Assembly: GCF_001194135.2 (NCBI RefSeq)
Contig: NC_068987.1
Span: forward strand, 49,672,518-49,736,517
Direction of reading: 5' to 3'
Length of the DNA stretch: 64,000 bases
From: Octopus bimaculoides
Lineage: Eukaryota
Shown here: one piece after another, positions 13,278-26,238 of the stretch
Numbering within the stretch: the first letter of the stretch is position 1
Layout of the letters: each line of letters begins with the position of its first letter
Position numbers and translations under genes: made by a program
Notes under the pieces: generated by a model
What the model was told of the DNA's origin: nothing
The model's input: only the letters and a program-made list of their open reading frames with translations
The model's database searches: none

Positions 13278-14929
13278 TATATATACATACAACAGGTGTA
13301 TGTGTGTATGTCTGTGTGTGTATACAGTGTGAGAGTGGGTGTGGGACCTCCATAATATAAAATCAACTCTATAATTTTGTTTTCATTTTTTTTGTCTTCC
13401 ACTTTTTGAATATTGTTTTATGGTAAAAAATATCTTTCTTTGGGAAATTAGAATTCATTTCCTCAATTATGTAAGGAATAAGAAATCTGATAAAAGTTCA
13501 ATTATAATTTTTTTTTCTATGCCATATTTGCTGATACTACCCATGGTGACAAAAGCATACTTTCAAAGTTACCCATCATATGGCAAGTAACACTCTAGAA
13601 TGAGAACAGTGAAAGCAAAAAGAGAATGTAAGAAATGTCAGTTTACTGCTGTTTACAAGAAATGATAAAACCTGGAAAGAACAGCATCTCATTCAGAGAA
13701 ATGAATGTGGCTTTTAATTGTGCATAAAAGATATAAAACCTTACAAGGCCAGTTTCCCAGTTTCTGTGACATGTATATTCTCCACTGGACCAGACACACA
13801 GCAGGAGTGGAGCAACATGAAACGAAGTGCTTTGCTCAAGAATACTGTGCATTGCCCAGTCTAAGAACAGAAACCACAATATTTCGATCATGAGTCCAAC
13901 ACCTCAACCACTGAATCATGTGCCATGTATATACACCAGAAAAATATTTTTTTTGAATAGTAATATAAGCACAAAGTTCAGATTTAGGGAATGGTATAAA
14001 CTTTATCTTTCACTTGTTTTACCATGCAGGGATACTGCCTTGAAGAGATTAATTGAACAAATTGAACCCAATACTTATGGGTTTTTTGTTTTGTTTTTGT
14101 TTTTGTTTAAGTCTGGTACTTATTCTATCGGTCTCTTTGTCGAACTACTGAGTTAAGAGTACATAAACAAACCAATATCGGTTTCCAAGTGGTAGTGGTG
14201 GTGGTGAGAAAAACACACTCACAGATATGTATATACATGCACACATACATGTATATATATACACATACTATAGATATGCACATATATATACACACACATA
14301 TATATACACACATATACATATATATATTATGCATTATATATATATATACATGCATATATATACACATATATATATATATACACATACATATATATATACA
14401 TGTACATACATACACACATATATATATATATGCATACACACATATACATACATATATACATACATACATACATGCATATATACATACACACACACACACA
14501 CACACATACATACATACATACATACATACATACATGCATAAGAGGATAATTTTATAACTTCATTAAACCGAAAAGCAATTTCATTAAACTGAAGAAAAAA
14601 ATAAAAATAGGACTGCAGCTGAAAGTGCTCAGGTGGTATGGAGGCGAAAGGAGAAATAAATTGAAAGGTATAATGAATAAACACTCCAATTGGTCAAAAC
14701 AATTTTATATCATTCCCAAATTATCAAAAATTGAATATAAATATATATTAAAACAATAGGGCACTCAATTCTAAAACCCACAGTATAAAATATACATATA
14801 TACACAAATAAAATATACACGCATAAAATATACACATATACACAAATAAAATATACACATATACACAAATAAAATTTATCCAGCAAGTTCAACAGACCAT
14901 CGATTACAATCCCAGAAAGTCCAAGAGGT

Positions 14930-15680
14930 CAATTACAAAAGATCTCCATGTGTCAGAAGGAACAGTCAGAAATGTTGTCCATAAAGACATCAGATATATG
15001 ATGAGGAAAGGTTAATTTGCCGAAAAAGTAAAAGAAAATCACTACATCAGATCTAAAAGTCTCTTAAACAAACTGGAAAATCCAGCAGAAGATTTGATTT
15101 GGTTTTTCTCAAACAAGAAAAACTTCGACCAAGATCAAAATGTTAACAGAAGAAATGACTGATGGCTATGTGCAGACATTTCTGAAGTTCCAGGTGTTAT
15201 GCATACAAAATTTCCTGCAACTGTCATGGTTTTAGGGGTTGTCAGCAATGCCTCCTTACTTTTTTCCACAAGGTTTTAGAATTAAGTCTGCTGCCTACAT
15301 TCAGGTCCTGGAAATAATTGTTAGGCCCTGGATAGACAGTGTATGCAATGGAAGGTCATATGTGTTTCCGTAAGACTCTGCACTATCACCCATGGCTCTA
15401 ATAACACAGGAATGGATGGCTGAAAATTTTCATGAACACATAACTCCTAACATTTGGCCTCCTTATTCCCCAGATCACAATCTATTAGACTATTACATGT
15501 GGAGCGTTGTTGAGAGAGAGGTCAATGAACACGCCCATAACACCAAAGATTCTTTGAAAGCTGCCATAGTCAGAGTAATGTCCAAAATGAACCAGGACCA
15601 CTTGATTCGAGCATGTAGATGATTTAGATTTTATACAGAAGCAGTTGTTGAAGCTGAAGGTGGCTTTATTGATTAACATT
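14930..15680 (+). mobile_element. Tc1/mariner transposase remnant
   Basis: WPPYSPDHNLLDYYMWSVVER motif in ORF 15392-15622; upstream segments are degenerate. Confidence 0.85.
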
Positions 15681-16254
15681 ATAGAGAAGTACATTATTTA
15701 CATTTGACAGATATTTGTCCTCATTTTGTTGTTGATGACATATGGGCCACATATCTTTTGTATCTTTTTGGAGATGCCTTTCACATAGGGTAGACAGACT
15801 GTAGACAGACATCAGGACAGTATTCAAGAGTAATACAACACTTCACAAATATCTCCTTCGGGTAAAACCACCAATAGAAGAGAGTATGTCCAAAAACTGC
15901 ATGTACTCAATCCCATGCAGCTGTGGTAGGTTGTAGAAAGGCAAAACGAGCCACCACCTCAAAATAAGGGTAGAGGAACATCGCAAAGCTGTGACATGAG
16001 GAGATATTGATAAATCAGGTATAGCTGATCATGTATGGAAAAATAGAGACCATGGGATGAAGTTAAAATAATAGACAGAGAACACCACTGGAAAATATGA
16101 AAACTAAAAGAAGCAGCACATATGCTAGGTAGGACACAATAACCTCCTAAGCAGACTGAGTGCAGATATGAATAGCATATGGGAACTGGTATTAAAGAAG
16201 GATAGGAAAATATTAGATTTATAAGCCCTAAAATTCACTCCATAATTACCCAAG

Positions 16255-16520
16255 GGCATATCCTTTAAGAGCATGGGGCTACTAACACCAAGATTCCGAG
16301 TTCGATTCCAGGCAGTGATCTGAATAATGATAATAATAACATCAAAGAATACCTTAGGAATGAGAACCCAGGTTCAAAATTTCCCCAAGATACCTGATGA
16401 AGGCTGGAAGGTATATCAGCTGAAACGTTGTGTTAACAACAAGATGAGGACAAATATCCGTCAAATGCAAATAATGTAAATAATGTACATAATTCCTCAT
16501 CTCTTAAATATAGAACTGTA
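16255..16520 (+). mobile_element. Short repeat with tRNA-derived head and hammerhead-containing tail
   Basis: Anticodon-like arm TGGGG-CTACTAA-CACCA, B-box GAGTTCGATTCC at 16298-16309, a (TAA)n spacer, then the hammerhead core. Confidence 0.55.
16389..16434 (+). ncRNA. Minimal type I hammerhead ribozyme motif (Penelope-type)
   Basis: GAUAC-CUGAUGA-A-GGCUGG(AAGGUAUA)UCAGCU-GAAAC-GUU-GUGUU. The catalytic core is intact. Stem II has 6 bp and stem I has 5 bp, both with GU pairs. A palindromic AACGUU replaces stem III. Confidence 0.7.
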
Positions 16521-16630
16521 TTTTTATCCTTATAGCATTTTTTTGATAAATAAAGTTATCAGTTATTATATATCTGTGTTTTTTTATAAACATAAATTTG
16601 CCCTCAAATATCTTATGCACCCTGTATGTG

Positions 16631-16672
<42 letters not shown>

Positions 16673-17170
16673 TTATATATATATATTAATGTGTGTGTGT
16701 GTGTTAATGACAGGCTTCCACATAGTGTCTGTCTGCCAAATTCACTTACAAGGCATTGCTTGGGTTGGACCTAGTGTAAAAGATACTTGCCCAAAGTGCT
16801 GCACAGTAGGACTGAACCCGAAACCACATTGTTGCGAAGTGAGCTTCTTAACCACAGTCAAGCCTGTGCCTGACCCATTACATTACCCTCCACTATTATT
16901 CAGCAAGTATTTATTTTACTGAAGGATGAAAGGTAATTCAACTTTTAATATACATACAGGTTTTAATTTACATATTCAAGGTTAACAGTCAAACACCATG
17001 TGTCGTCCAACAGATTTTAGTTATCTACCACCATTCAAAAGCAGACAATTTGAGAAATATATTATATTTTAAGGGACGAAAATGAAATGTTTCTCTTGAA
17101 TGTTCATTCTTACCATGAAGTTTTTGCTTTACAATCAATGTTTTTTATTATTTTCCTTCTTATTTTGCAG

Positions 17171-17291
17171 GAAAACAAAGCAGCAGAACGTAACTAAAAT
17201 AAACTTGCATCTTTTTACAATATACCGTCCAAATCAGTCGGTGGATTTTGAATATGAAATAAAAGAAGACTGTAGTGTTATCATGGGATAA
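17171..17291 (+). CDS. Possible orphan terminal coding exon
   Basis: Strong acceptor (ttttccttcttattttgcag) and an open frame, KTKQQNVTKINLHLFTIYRPNQSVDFEYEIKEDCSVIMG*. No partner exon was confirmed. Confidence 0.3.
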
Positions 17292-17436
17292 TTCCGAGAT
17301 CCTTATTACTTCAAATATGAATTGCCACGAAAATGTTATGTATTATTTTGACATCACATCAAGAAAGTTGGAACTGTTGATGACTAAAACAAAATATATG
17401 AAGAGCAGACTGGCATTTTGTTGATGGTGGTGGTGG

Positions 17437-17467
<31 letters not shown>

Positions 17468-18519
17468 GAGAGTGGTATATTGTAAAGGCTCAGAAAAGAA
17501 GTAAAATAATATACAGAAAAATTGAGAAAAAAATAATAGAAATATATAATATAATATATAATAACTGACTGGCATTGATTAAATGAAGGCTTTTAAGAAC
17601 ATCTCTAAGAAAGTTTTATATCTTTATATTTTCCATTTAGATCTTTAATTCCAAATATAGGGGTTCAAATTAAATATTATAAAGCATTTCGTCAGACAAT
17701 CCATGGAGGTTGAGCTTCTACCAACATATTGACTTGCACGTGTGTTCATGTGGACACAAGATATGTAAAAAGGGGTAGAAAAAGTAGGAGAATTTATTCT
17801 TTGTTACTAAATCATATCAAACTGCACTTGTCATTCTAGCATCTATGTCCACATTACTATTAAGATTTCATGCAATAGGCGTCTCTAGATATTCGTCTCT
17901 CTCAACTATTCTTCTATGTTATTACACCACTCGGTGTACATCAACGAAAAGAAACTACAGTCATTCTAAAATCATTAACGAAAAGAAACTTTAGTCGTTC
18001 TAAAATCTATTCGTCGTGGTTACATTATGTTTCGTTGATGGGACCTAAAAAGACCAAATTATGTTCAGAAGTGTCACTATACTACTAAACATCAGATTTC
18101 CTCTCCACTACATTTCATATTGAATTTCAATTACTATTTCTGGGTTGTCACCTTTGCTCTCCATCTCTCTCTCTATCTCTCTCAGATAATGATTCACCTT
18201 GAAACTACAGAAATAATTTTAATAAATTAAATTTCTTATAGAAAAATTCTAGAGCCTATGTTATTTTCCTCTTGTCCTACATACACACACACACACATAT
18301 ATATATCAAAGAAGGTAAAAAGAGAGAAAATGGAAAGCTTCTAACAACGCGGAAAGTTTAATAAAGCCTTTATCTTTCAGGCGCAAAGGCCCATCTTCAG
18401 AAGGAAAAAAAAACAGTCTGAGAAAAGTCCAGTTATGTAGGTTCCATTAACCCATTCAAATTCCCTAACTTTGTGTGTGTGTGTATGTATATGTATGTAT
18501 GTATGTATGTATATGTATA

Positions 18520-18756
18520 CAGGGTGACACAAAATTAGGTTTACAGTTATCATCTAGGCACTTTAAATTTCTTTAAAAACATTTTATTACATTTAAATTT
18601 CTATCTTACAAACTGAAAAGGGAGCTTGACAAAATTAACTAAATTAGCATTGAAGAATGGTTTCATTTTTTTTAATATTATTAAGATTTAAACTATTAAT
18701 ATATGAATGTGAAAGAGGTAGTTGAATAACTGTAAACCTACTTTTGGGCCACCCTG
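18520..18756. mobile_element. Tc1-type MITE
   Basis: TIRs CAGGGTGACACAAAATTAGGTTTACAGTTAT / ATAACTGTAAACCTACTTTTGGGCCACCCTG with TA flanks. Confidence 0.85.
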
Positions 18757-18772
18757 TATATGTATATATATA

Positions 18773-18805
<33 letters not shown>

Positions 18806-19114
18806 GTATATATATTGTGGAAATACAATAGTTATGATCTTAGTTTGTTTATAAATCCTTAGCGCGGAATTGCAAGTTGAAAGTGTAAGGAACTACTCCA
18901 TTTNNNNNNNNNNNNNNNNNNNNNNNNNNNNNNNNNNNNNNNNNNNNNNNNNNNNNNNNNNNNNNNNNNNNNNNNNNNNNNNNNNNNNNNNNNNNNNNNN
19001 NNNNNAATAATGAATTAATAAATCCATAATTAACAACAAAATTTGCTTCAGTTCACTCTATTTGATGTAATGCATTAATCATCATTTAATGAATTGTCTC
19101 TTATAATGATATTT

Positions 19115-19154
<40 letters not shown>

Positions 19155-20059
19155 CATATTTCAACAACAGTAGTAGTTGAATAATATTCTTAACGGAGCT
19201 TTTTGTCGCAGTCAGCGTCTTCCAAGCAGTCTTACTAATTCAGATTTAACCGAAATCAAATTTAGTTTTTTGAATTGTTTGACTAGTGATATGCGACATT
19301 TAGACATAAAATACTTAAAATCTGGTGCAGTAGAACAAAAGCTAAGACAAAAAAATGTATAGGCCAAACTGGTTGACTGATGAATAGTAACGCCCAACAT
19401 CAACATTTTGAATCCACACCATTCTTTTAATTTTGACTAAGAATTAGTTTATTGATATCAATATGAAAGAGAAATGTTAAAGGAATATATTGGTAAAGGT
19501 TTTGTAAAATTTTATCTATTAGAAAAAAAGATATTTAATTTTAATCCTCAATTTTTTATCAATTTTCTCCGTGATCTTAAAGGGACACTACGCATATATG
19601 AAGCTAAACTATTTCTTAGGTACACACACAACAAAAGATAAAAGACAACACAAATTAATACAAGGAGTTCTAATATTTATTTTCATTAGCCTAAATTATT
19701 TTTTATAAAAGATGAAATAGCCATTTACTGACCCAATATAGAGTAAATTAATGTGTTATATTTAAATTAATATATTTAAAATCAGTTTGTTGTACATTAG
19801 AGGTGTACAGGTTCAAGAAGATATATTTCCGGCACTCATCCAATGGATAATTTATATTATGTGAACATGTGTTTACTCAAAATAATACAAATTTAAATTT
19901 CTTTTTTCTTACCTGTAACAATCCTACGATTTAATTATGATACCACTATATGAAAAACAAGATACTAATGTTAATCTTATCTTCATGATCTTTTACAGTG
20001 TTTAAAAGTTTTATAAAACCTATGTCTACGTGTGGATAATGCTTCTGATTGACAATTAA

Positions 20060-20440
20060 TTAAATTATTTTGCTTATATAATAATATGTATAGCATTTCT
20101 TTTGTACAAAGACAGCAGGTAGAAAATTTATGTGTATATGGTGTAGCTGAGTCAATAATTGACCAAGATAATTTATAGTAAACATTATTTTGTTTATGTA
20201 CATATGTAGCAAATTAAGTAGTGTTATTCTTTACATTTGGTTTAAATGAATGTATATATGCTAAAAATCTATGCTTAAAGTTAATATAGCTCCCTATATA
20301 TACCATACAGTGTGAGTTAGCAGTTTTTGTAACAGCGCACTTATATATAACTTTGAACCTTCTACATTTATCATCTAAAGGATTAGGAAATTCATATGAT
20401 ATTTGCCACGCCTTTAACATTCCATACTTTATCATTAGAC
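20060..20440 (-). mobile_element. Penelope-like element GIY-YIG endonuclease remnant
   Basis: KVIYKCAV...MVYIGS..NFKHRFLAYIHSF, followed after a frame break by KLSWSIIDSA...CCLCTKE. Confidence 0.8.
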
Positions 20441-21502
20441 TACTCCATATGGCTGACTTCCCCTGGTATCCGATCTAATATATTTCTTCCTCTAACCCCC
20501 ATAATTGGCGTAGTTCATTATATAACCTTGCCCAGCTTTAAATTTATACTTTAAAATTTTTAATTTATTTAGTGTAAATTTTTAAACTCCTCACATCACA
20601 TTCTCCCTTACTATAACCTTAATTCCATATAGCTTGATGGCCATACTCGTCCCTCACCCCACACTATCTTCCCAACCATTAACCACTGTATACCCATAAG
20701 TTTTCTGGGTTTCTTTTAACCATTAGATAGGGATTCCTATAGCCTGACCCTACTCTGAATCGACTCCTATACTGTTACTGTATTTCCATTTTTTACCGTA
20801 TCTTTTTTTAATTTTCTTTCACCCTGTGGTCGAATCATTTATCTTTTATCTCCTTTTTCCCTTAATAGTTTTTACGACCTCTCCTAATCAGCACCATTCT
20901 TGCTCTAACATAAATTATCTTCAAAATTCCACTCAAATCTACCCTTGTTCTAGTCCAACAGACTCCTTCTCTCCCAGGGGCACTGACTTTAGATATCGTA
21001 TTACACTCTTTCAAGAACTACATTTTAACGGTTAGCATCATAGCTCCACCTCAACAGATACATCTTTGCTGCAGTTCCTGGGATGCCCCTTCGTTCTGCA
21101 AAAATTACGTTCTCATCTGATGAATGCTACCTTTTAAAATGTAATGTCTCTCATTCTTCATTAAGAGCTACATAAGAAACAGCTGTAATGAACTGGCACT
21201 TATCTATCACGTGTTTTTATTCGTTTGACTATAATAAACTAAGGGAATTTACAACTTGTCGGACTCCCTACAGTATATCAACAACAGACTACTCAATGTA
21301 ACAGGTAACATGGACAAGTCCCTTAGGCACTAATTACTCATAGGGTTGCTTTTATCTGTGTACAAACCAGAAATATCCTATCTGATATCTCGACTCCAGC
21401 CAGCCATTGGTCAGAACTGCAGACATTACTCAACCCTACTTGGTGCATACTTTTCAAGTACCTGATTCTATTGGAATCCTCTTTTTAATTCACACACACA
21501 CT

Positions 21503-21850
21503 TTATTCTTTTACTTGTTTCACTCACTGGACTGTGGCCAAGCTGGAGTGACGCCGCGCAGGGTTTTAGTTGAACAAATCGACCCCTGAACTTATTTTTT
21601 TAAAGCCTAATACTTATTCTGTCAGTCTCTTTTGCCAAACCACTAAGTTACGGAGACTTAAAGCCACCAACACCAGTGAAGAGAGACAAACACAAACACA
21701 CACATACATACGGCAGGCTTCTTTCAGTTTCCGTCAACCAGATCCACTTTCACGACTTTGGTTGGCTCGAGGCTTTAGTAGAAGACACTTTCCCAAGGTG
21801 ACACGCAGTGGGACTGAACCTGGAACCATGTAGTTGGGAAGCTTCTTACC
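21503..21850 (-). mobile_element. tRNA/CORE-type SINE (family A)
   Basis: Same head, core and tail as 7626-7970. Confidence 0.8.
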
Positions 21851-22809
21851 ACACACACACACACACACATGTGCATTTACTTACATGCTTATACGAATTC
21901 CTACCTAGCCACACATACATATATACACACATATATATGTAAGGTGAGCTTCTTTCAGTTTCTGTCTACCAAATCTACACACAGGGCTTTGGTTGGCCCT
22001 ATGCTATAGCAGAAGAAATTTGCTCTAAGTGTCTATCCACACCTAAACATGTGTCTGTGTATGCATACATACATACAGACACATGAGTGTGTGCACGCGC
22101 ATGCTTGTGCAAACAGGAAAAATAGAACTTAAAATGAGTATATGTATATTTTTATCAATATTTAACAGAAGCAATAGAGTAGCTCAAGGTCCGAGAGTTT
22201 CGTGCATTGGCACTTACTTGCTTCAGTCACTAGACTGCGGCCATGCTGAGGTACTGCTTTGAAGCTTGTAGTCCAACAAATCAACCCCAGTACTTATTTT
22301 TTCAGCCTAGCACTTATTCTTGTGGTTTCTTTTGTCCCCGTAGGACATAAACAAACCATCACTGATTACCAACCACTTACAGTAGACAAACAGGCAGAAA
22401 TACACAACACACATTTTATATATATATATACATATATATATAGAATGAACTTCTTTGACGCATATCTATATTTATGCATGTACATACAAATATATATGTG
22501 TGTGAATGAATTATCCTTTTCTTAGAAAAAAGGAAGGTGAGTTAATTTCAGAAAGAGAAAGCATCGAGAAATGGACTAAAGGAAAGAAAGAAAAATTAAA
22601 GAAATAATATATATATAAAGCTAAAGCTAAGGAAATCTCACTAAGAGATGAAGGCAGTATTCATACTGAGTAGTATTTATCGCCACCTAAACACAGGACT
22701 TCCTTAGGAAACAGTGATACTGCTATTTTAACCACAGGAGGATACCTCCTCCAGCTGGTTAGGCAGTGCACTCAATATATATTGCAAGTGGAGAGAGAAC
22801 TCCTAACTA

Positions 22810-23960
22810 TTGGGTTGGCAACTAAGTTCCTGCAATTTTTTTTAATTTAAATTTTTTAAAAGGTTTAATGAAAAATAACAACTAATTAATCAATAATGTA
22901 TTCACCCTTGTTGTTTATAACTTCTTCCTAACGTTCAACAAGATTTTCAATTCCTCGTTGGTAGAAATCACCCGATTTCGACTAGAAAAATTGATCCAAC
23001 CAAGCTCTCAATTCTGCATCAGTATTGAACGAAACTCCGCGCATAGCATTTGAAAGAGATCGAAAGTGGTGGACATCCATTGGTGCCAAATCAGGAGAGT
23101 ACGGCGGGTGTGGCAGCACTTCCCAACCATGCGTTTGAATGGCTTCCTTGGTCATATTGGCGATATGAGTGTGGGTGTTGTTGTGCAGAAGAAAAACTCC
23201 ATGCTGCCGATTAGGTCTTTTCTCTTGAATAGTCGTTCCATCTGTTGAACATAGAGTTCCACGTTGACTGTTTGGTTCCGTTCAAGCAATTCATAATGGA
23301 TAATCCCTTTCCAGTCCCACCATACGCACAACATTGTTTTACGGGGATGAAGATCTTGTTTCACGCGCAGTGTCGCTTGTTTACCAGGGCTAAGCCATTC
23401 CTTACACTGCTTCATATTGATGTACAGGCATCGTTTTTTATCGCCAGTAATGATTCAGTAAAGAAATCGTTGCTTGTGTCCATGAGTTGAGCAGTGACGA
23501 GCAAGCAAACCAACGGAGATTGTGGCTTGTTGATTTTTGTTGTTGTCACTTAAAGCATGCAGAACCCATGCTCCATACTTCTGAACCCTTCCCATCAAGT
23601 GAAGATGCTTCTCTATAGCAGTGTGGGAGCATTCCATTTTCTCTGCCAGTTCCCTTGTTGTTTGACAAAAGTTTTCATGCAAAAGTTGGTTTAATCACTC
23701 TTCATCTAACTCAACTGGACGGCCAGAACGAAGTACGTCTTTGAGGTCAAAATTTCCATTTCTGAACTTGGCATACCAATCACAAGTGGTTCTTTCAGCT
23801 ATGGAACCCTCTCCATACACAGCACAAATGTTGTGAGCAGCTTTTGCAACCTTAGAACCTTGATTAAAAGCAAAAAGGAGGTGTCGAAAATACTCGTTTC
23901 TCTTAACTTGACATTCCATTTTAATGATTTGAAAATAAACAAAAATTAACTAAAATTAAC
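22810..23960 (-). mobile_element. Mariner element with broken transposase
   Basis: Fragments: helix-turn-helix (RHLLFAFNQG...WYAKFRNGNFDLKD..RSGRP), WVLHAL, KTMLCVWWDWKGIIHYELL. TIR TTGGGTTGGCAACTAAGTTCC follows a TA. Confidence 0.92.
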
Positions 23961-24614
23961 TAGAAAAAAAAACAAAATAGATTCCAAAATGACTCAAAAA
24001 TAGAATTCTCGAGAAAAAAAAAAAATAGNNNNNNNNNNTTTTTTTTTTTTTTTTTTTTTTGTAGATTGAAAATTATTCAATTCATCGTTTTTATATTTTA
24101 AATTTCTTGGTGCTCTTGCAACCTGCTCTACTTTACTACTAATCTCATGTGAGGAGTAGAACCAGATTTAAACTTGAAGATCAAAGTTTTGAGGCTGCCT
24201 AAATATGGTGTTTGGACATTGAAAATAGGTTTCTTCCTAGCCCATTTTTGGATATCAAGCTGTAGTTTAACGTGCGTAAATCCGGCAGTGTTAATTGGCT
24301 GAGTGTTTGTAAAGTAGAAAAGACACTACACCTGCCAGATACTGAACTACAGCAATGGGGGAAAACTAAGGACTTCTACCACATTTACATTGTAACCCGC
24401 TAGGTTTTCTTGGGAATGGGGAATAAACTTCAATCGTTCTAAATTTATATACAAATTTAAATATATACAATTTAAATGTAATCGTTTCAAATGATTCGCT
24501 TAAGTGTCGCAGTACTAAAATGGTGCCCGGTTAGTTTAGGAAGACAATTCAAATATTTTTAAACTCATTAATTTTAATAAATTACAATTTAATCACTAAA
24601 CTTGTGCAAGCGCT

Positions 24615-25244
24615 GGATCTATTTTAAAACGGGGGCGCCAGTATTTTCTTAATGAAACACTTTGAAACTTGGGACACTGGTAGAATGTGTCATATAAAAC
24701 ATCTTTTACTCTTAGTCTTCTTAACAAAAAAAAAAAGGAATTCGCAAGTTATTCCATATTAAAGTTGTCGTATTTCTGTAATTTCAATCAATCACTGACG
24801 TCTATTCAGCTCAATAGAGTTACTGCTGGGCGGTCATAAAAATGTTATTCCCTGTGACATATTTCATCCGGTTTAATCGTAATTTATACGCATATATTGT
24901 TTATATAATAAATTACGCTGTGCGTATCTATGTGTGTAACAATTTTAGAGTTCGGATTCTAGAGTTAGGGTTAGGGTTACAGTTAACAGTCTAGTTAGGG
25001 TTAGGGGATTAATACGCTATACACCGTTACAGCGCTAACTGTTTTCAACTGAATAGACGTCAGTGATTAGTAGAAATTATCGAAATAAGACAATTTTTTA
25101 CATGAAATAAATTCGAATACAAAAATATTTTTCTGTTCTATAACACAAAATAGATAAGTATACGAAGTTTGAAAGTCTTTCCGTACGAAAAAGACTACAT
25201 AAAACATAAAATGAAAACTGGCGCCCCCGTTTTAAAATAGATGG
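24615..25244. mobile_element. Non-autonomous TIR element (probable Merlin), 8-bp target-site duplication (TSD), internal TTAGGG repeats
   Basis: TIRs GGATCTATTTTAAAACGGGGGCGCCAGT / ACTGGCGCCCCCGTTTTAAAATAGATGG; TSD CAAGCGCT on both sides. Confidence 0.8.
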
Positions 25245-26206
25245 CAAGCGCTTTCTTGTATTAAGTTTCAAAACCAATTTTAAAACGATAACTAACCACT
25301 TAATAAATCTACCATTTCACCATAGGTGAAAGAAGTAGAATTTAAAGTTCAGTTGATTTTGGTTGTGCTATGATTCTATCACAGAATCCTTACAATTACG
25401 AAGAGGAAATTGTTAGAATACAATGCTATACTCACAGCATCCCATCTATCGAAGAAATGATTAAATTATTTCACAGATAAATCAACCTTGCGCTTAATAA
25501 TGTGGTCTTGATTTTCCTGCTAATGGGAAAAAACACGTAATGGTCACGTCTGCAGTGCCTTCAGTTTGTCCAATCAGCACCAGACCACTGACTAAACAAC
25601 GTCTTATTTACAAGATCATTGTTAAATACAATGAATATCGTATTAGTCCGAGTAGAATTGCACAAGTGTGACTATGTATATGAGTACACAATGAGACGCT
25701 TCTTGGAAAAGTCAAAAAGACTTGATAAGTTTGCTTATGTTCAATGTACACTCACCTCACATTTTGTCTATACTCACATGCGCGCACCTGCAAACACACA
25801 CACGTGGTTGGTTTTACAGATATAGTAAAAAATTCAATGATTGGAACCCCACTTTTGATAATAGGTTTGCTCAGAGTCAACCTGTAGCTAAATATAGCTA
25901 CAGAGTATTTGAAAAGGTACGTATATAATACACACAGACACATATGTGTGCGTGTCATTTTTCGTTTTGACTTGAGGAATTGTCATTTGTATCAGCTAGT
26001 TTTATTCGTTAATTTCTGCAAAAAAGTTTTATCTATTTACTTTTGTTTTCATGGCGTGTAGAAGCGACATTTGCTTTGAAGTGAGAGCAGAAAGTAAAAG
26101 ATGTATCTACGTCAGAGAGAGAAAAAAAAAAAAAACACCCATTATCTTACATATACACTACATATATAAATTAACACATATATAAATCATGTACATACAT
26201 CTTTTT

Positions 26207-26238
<32 letters not shown>

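Noticed and set aside
260-14684. Many listed ORFs rich in YI/HT/CV/MY dipeptides
   Set aside because: They are translations of (TA)n, (CA)n and (TATG)n microsatellites or read through N gaps, and are not genes.
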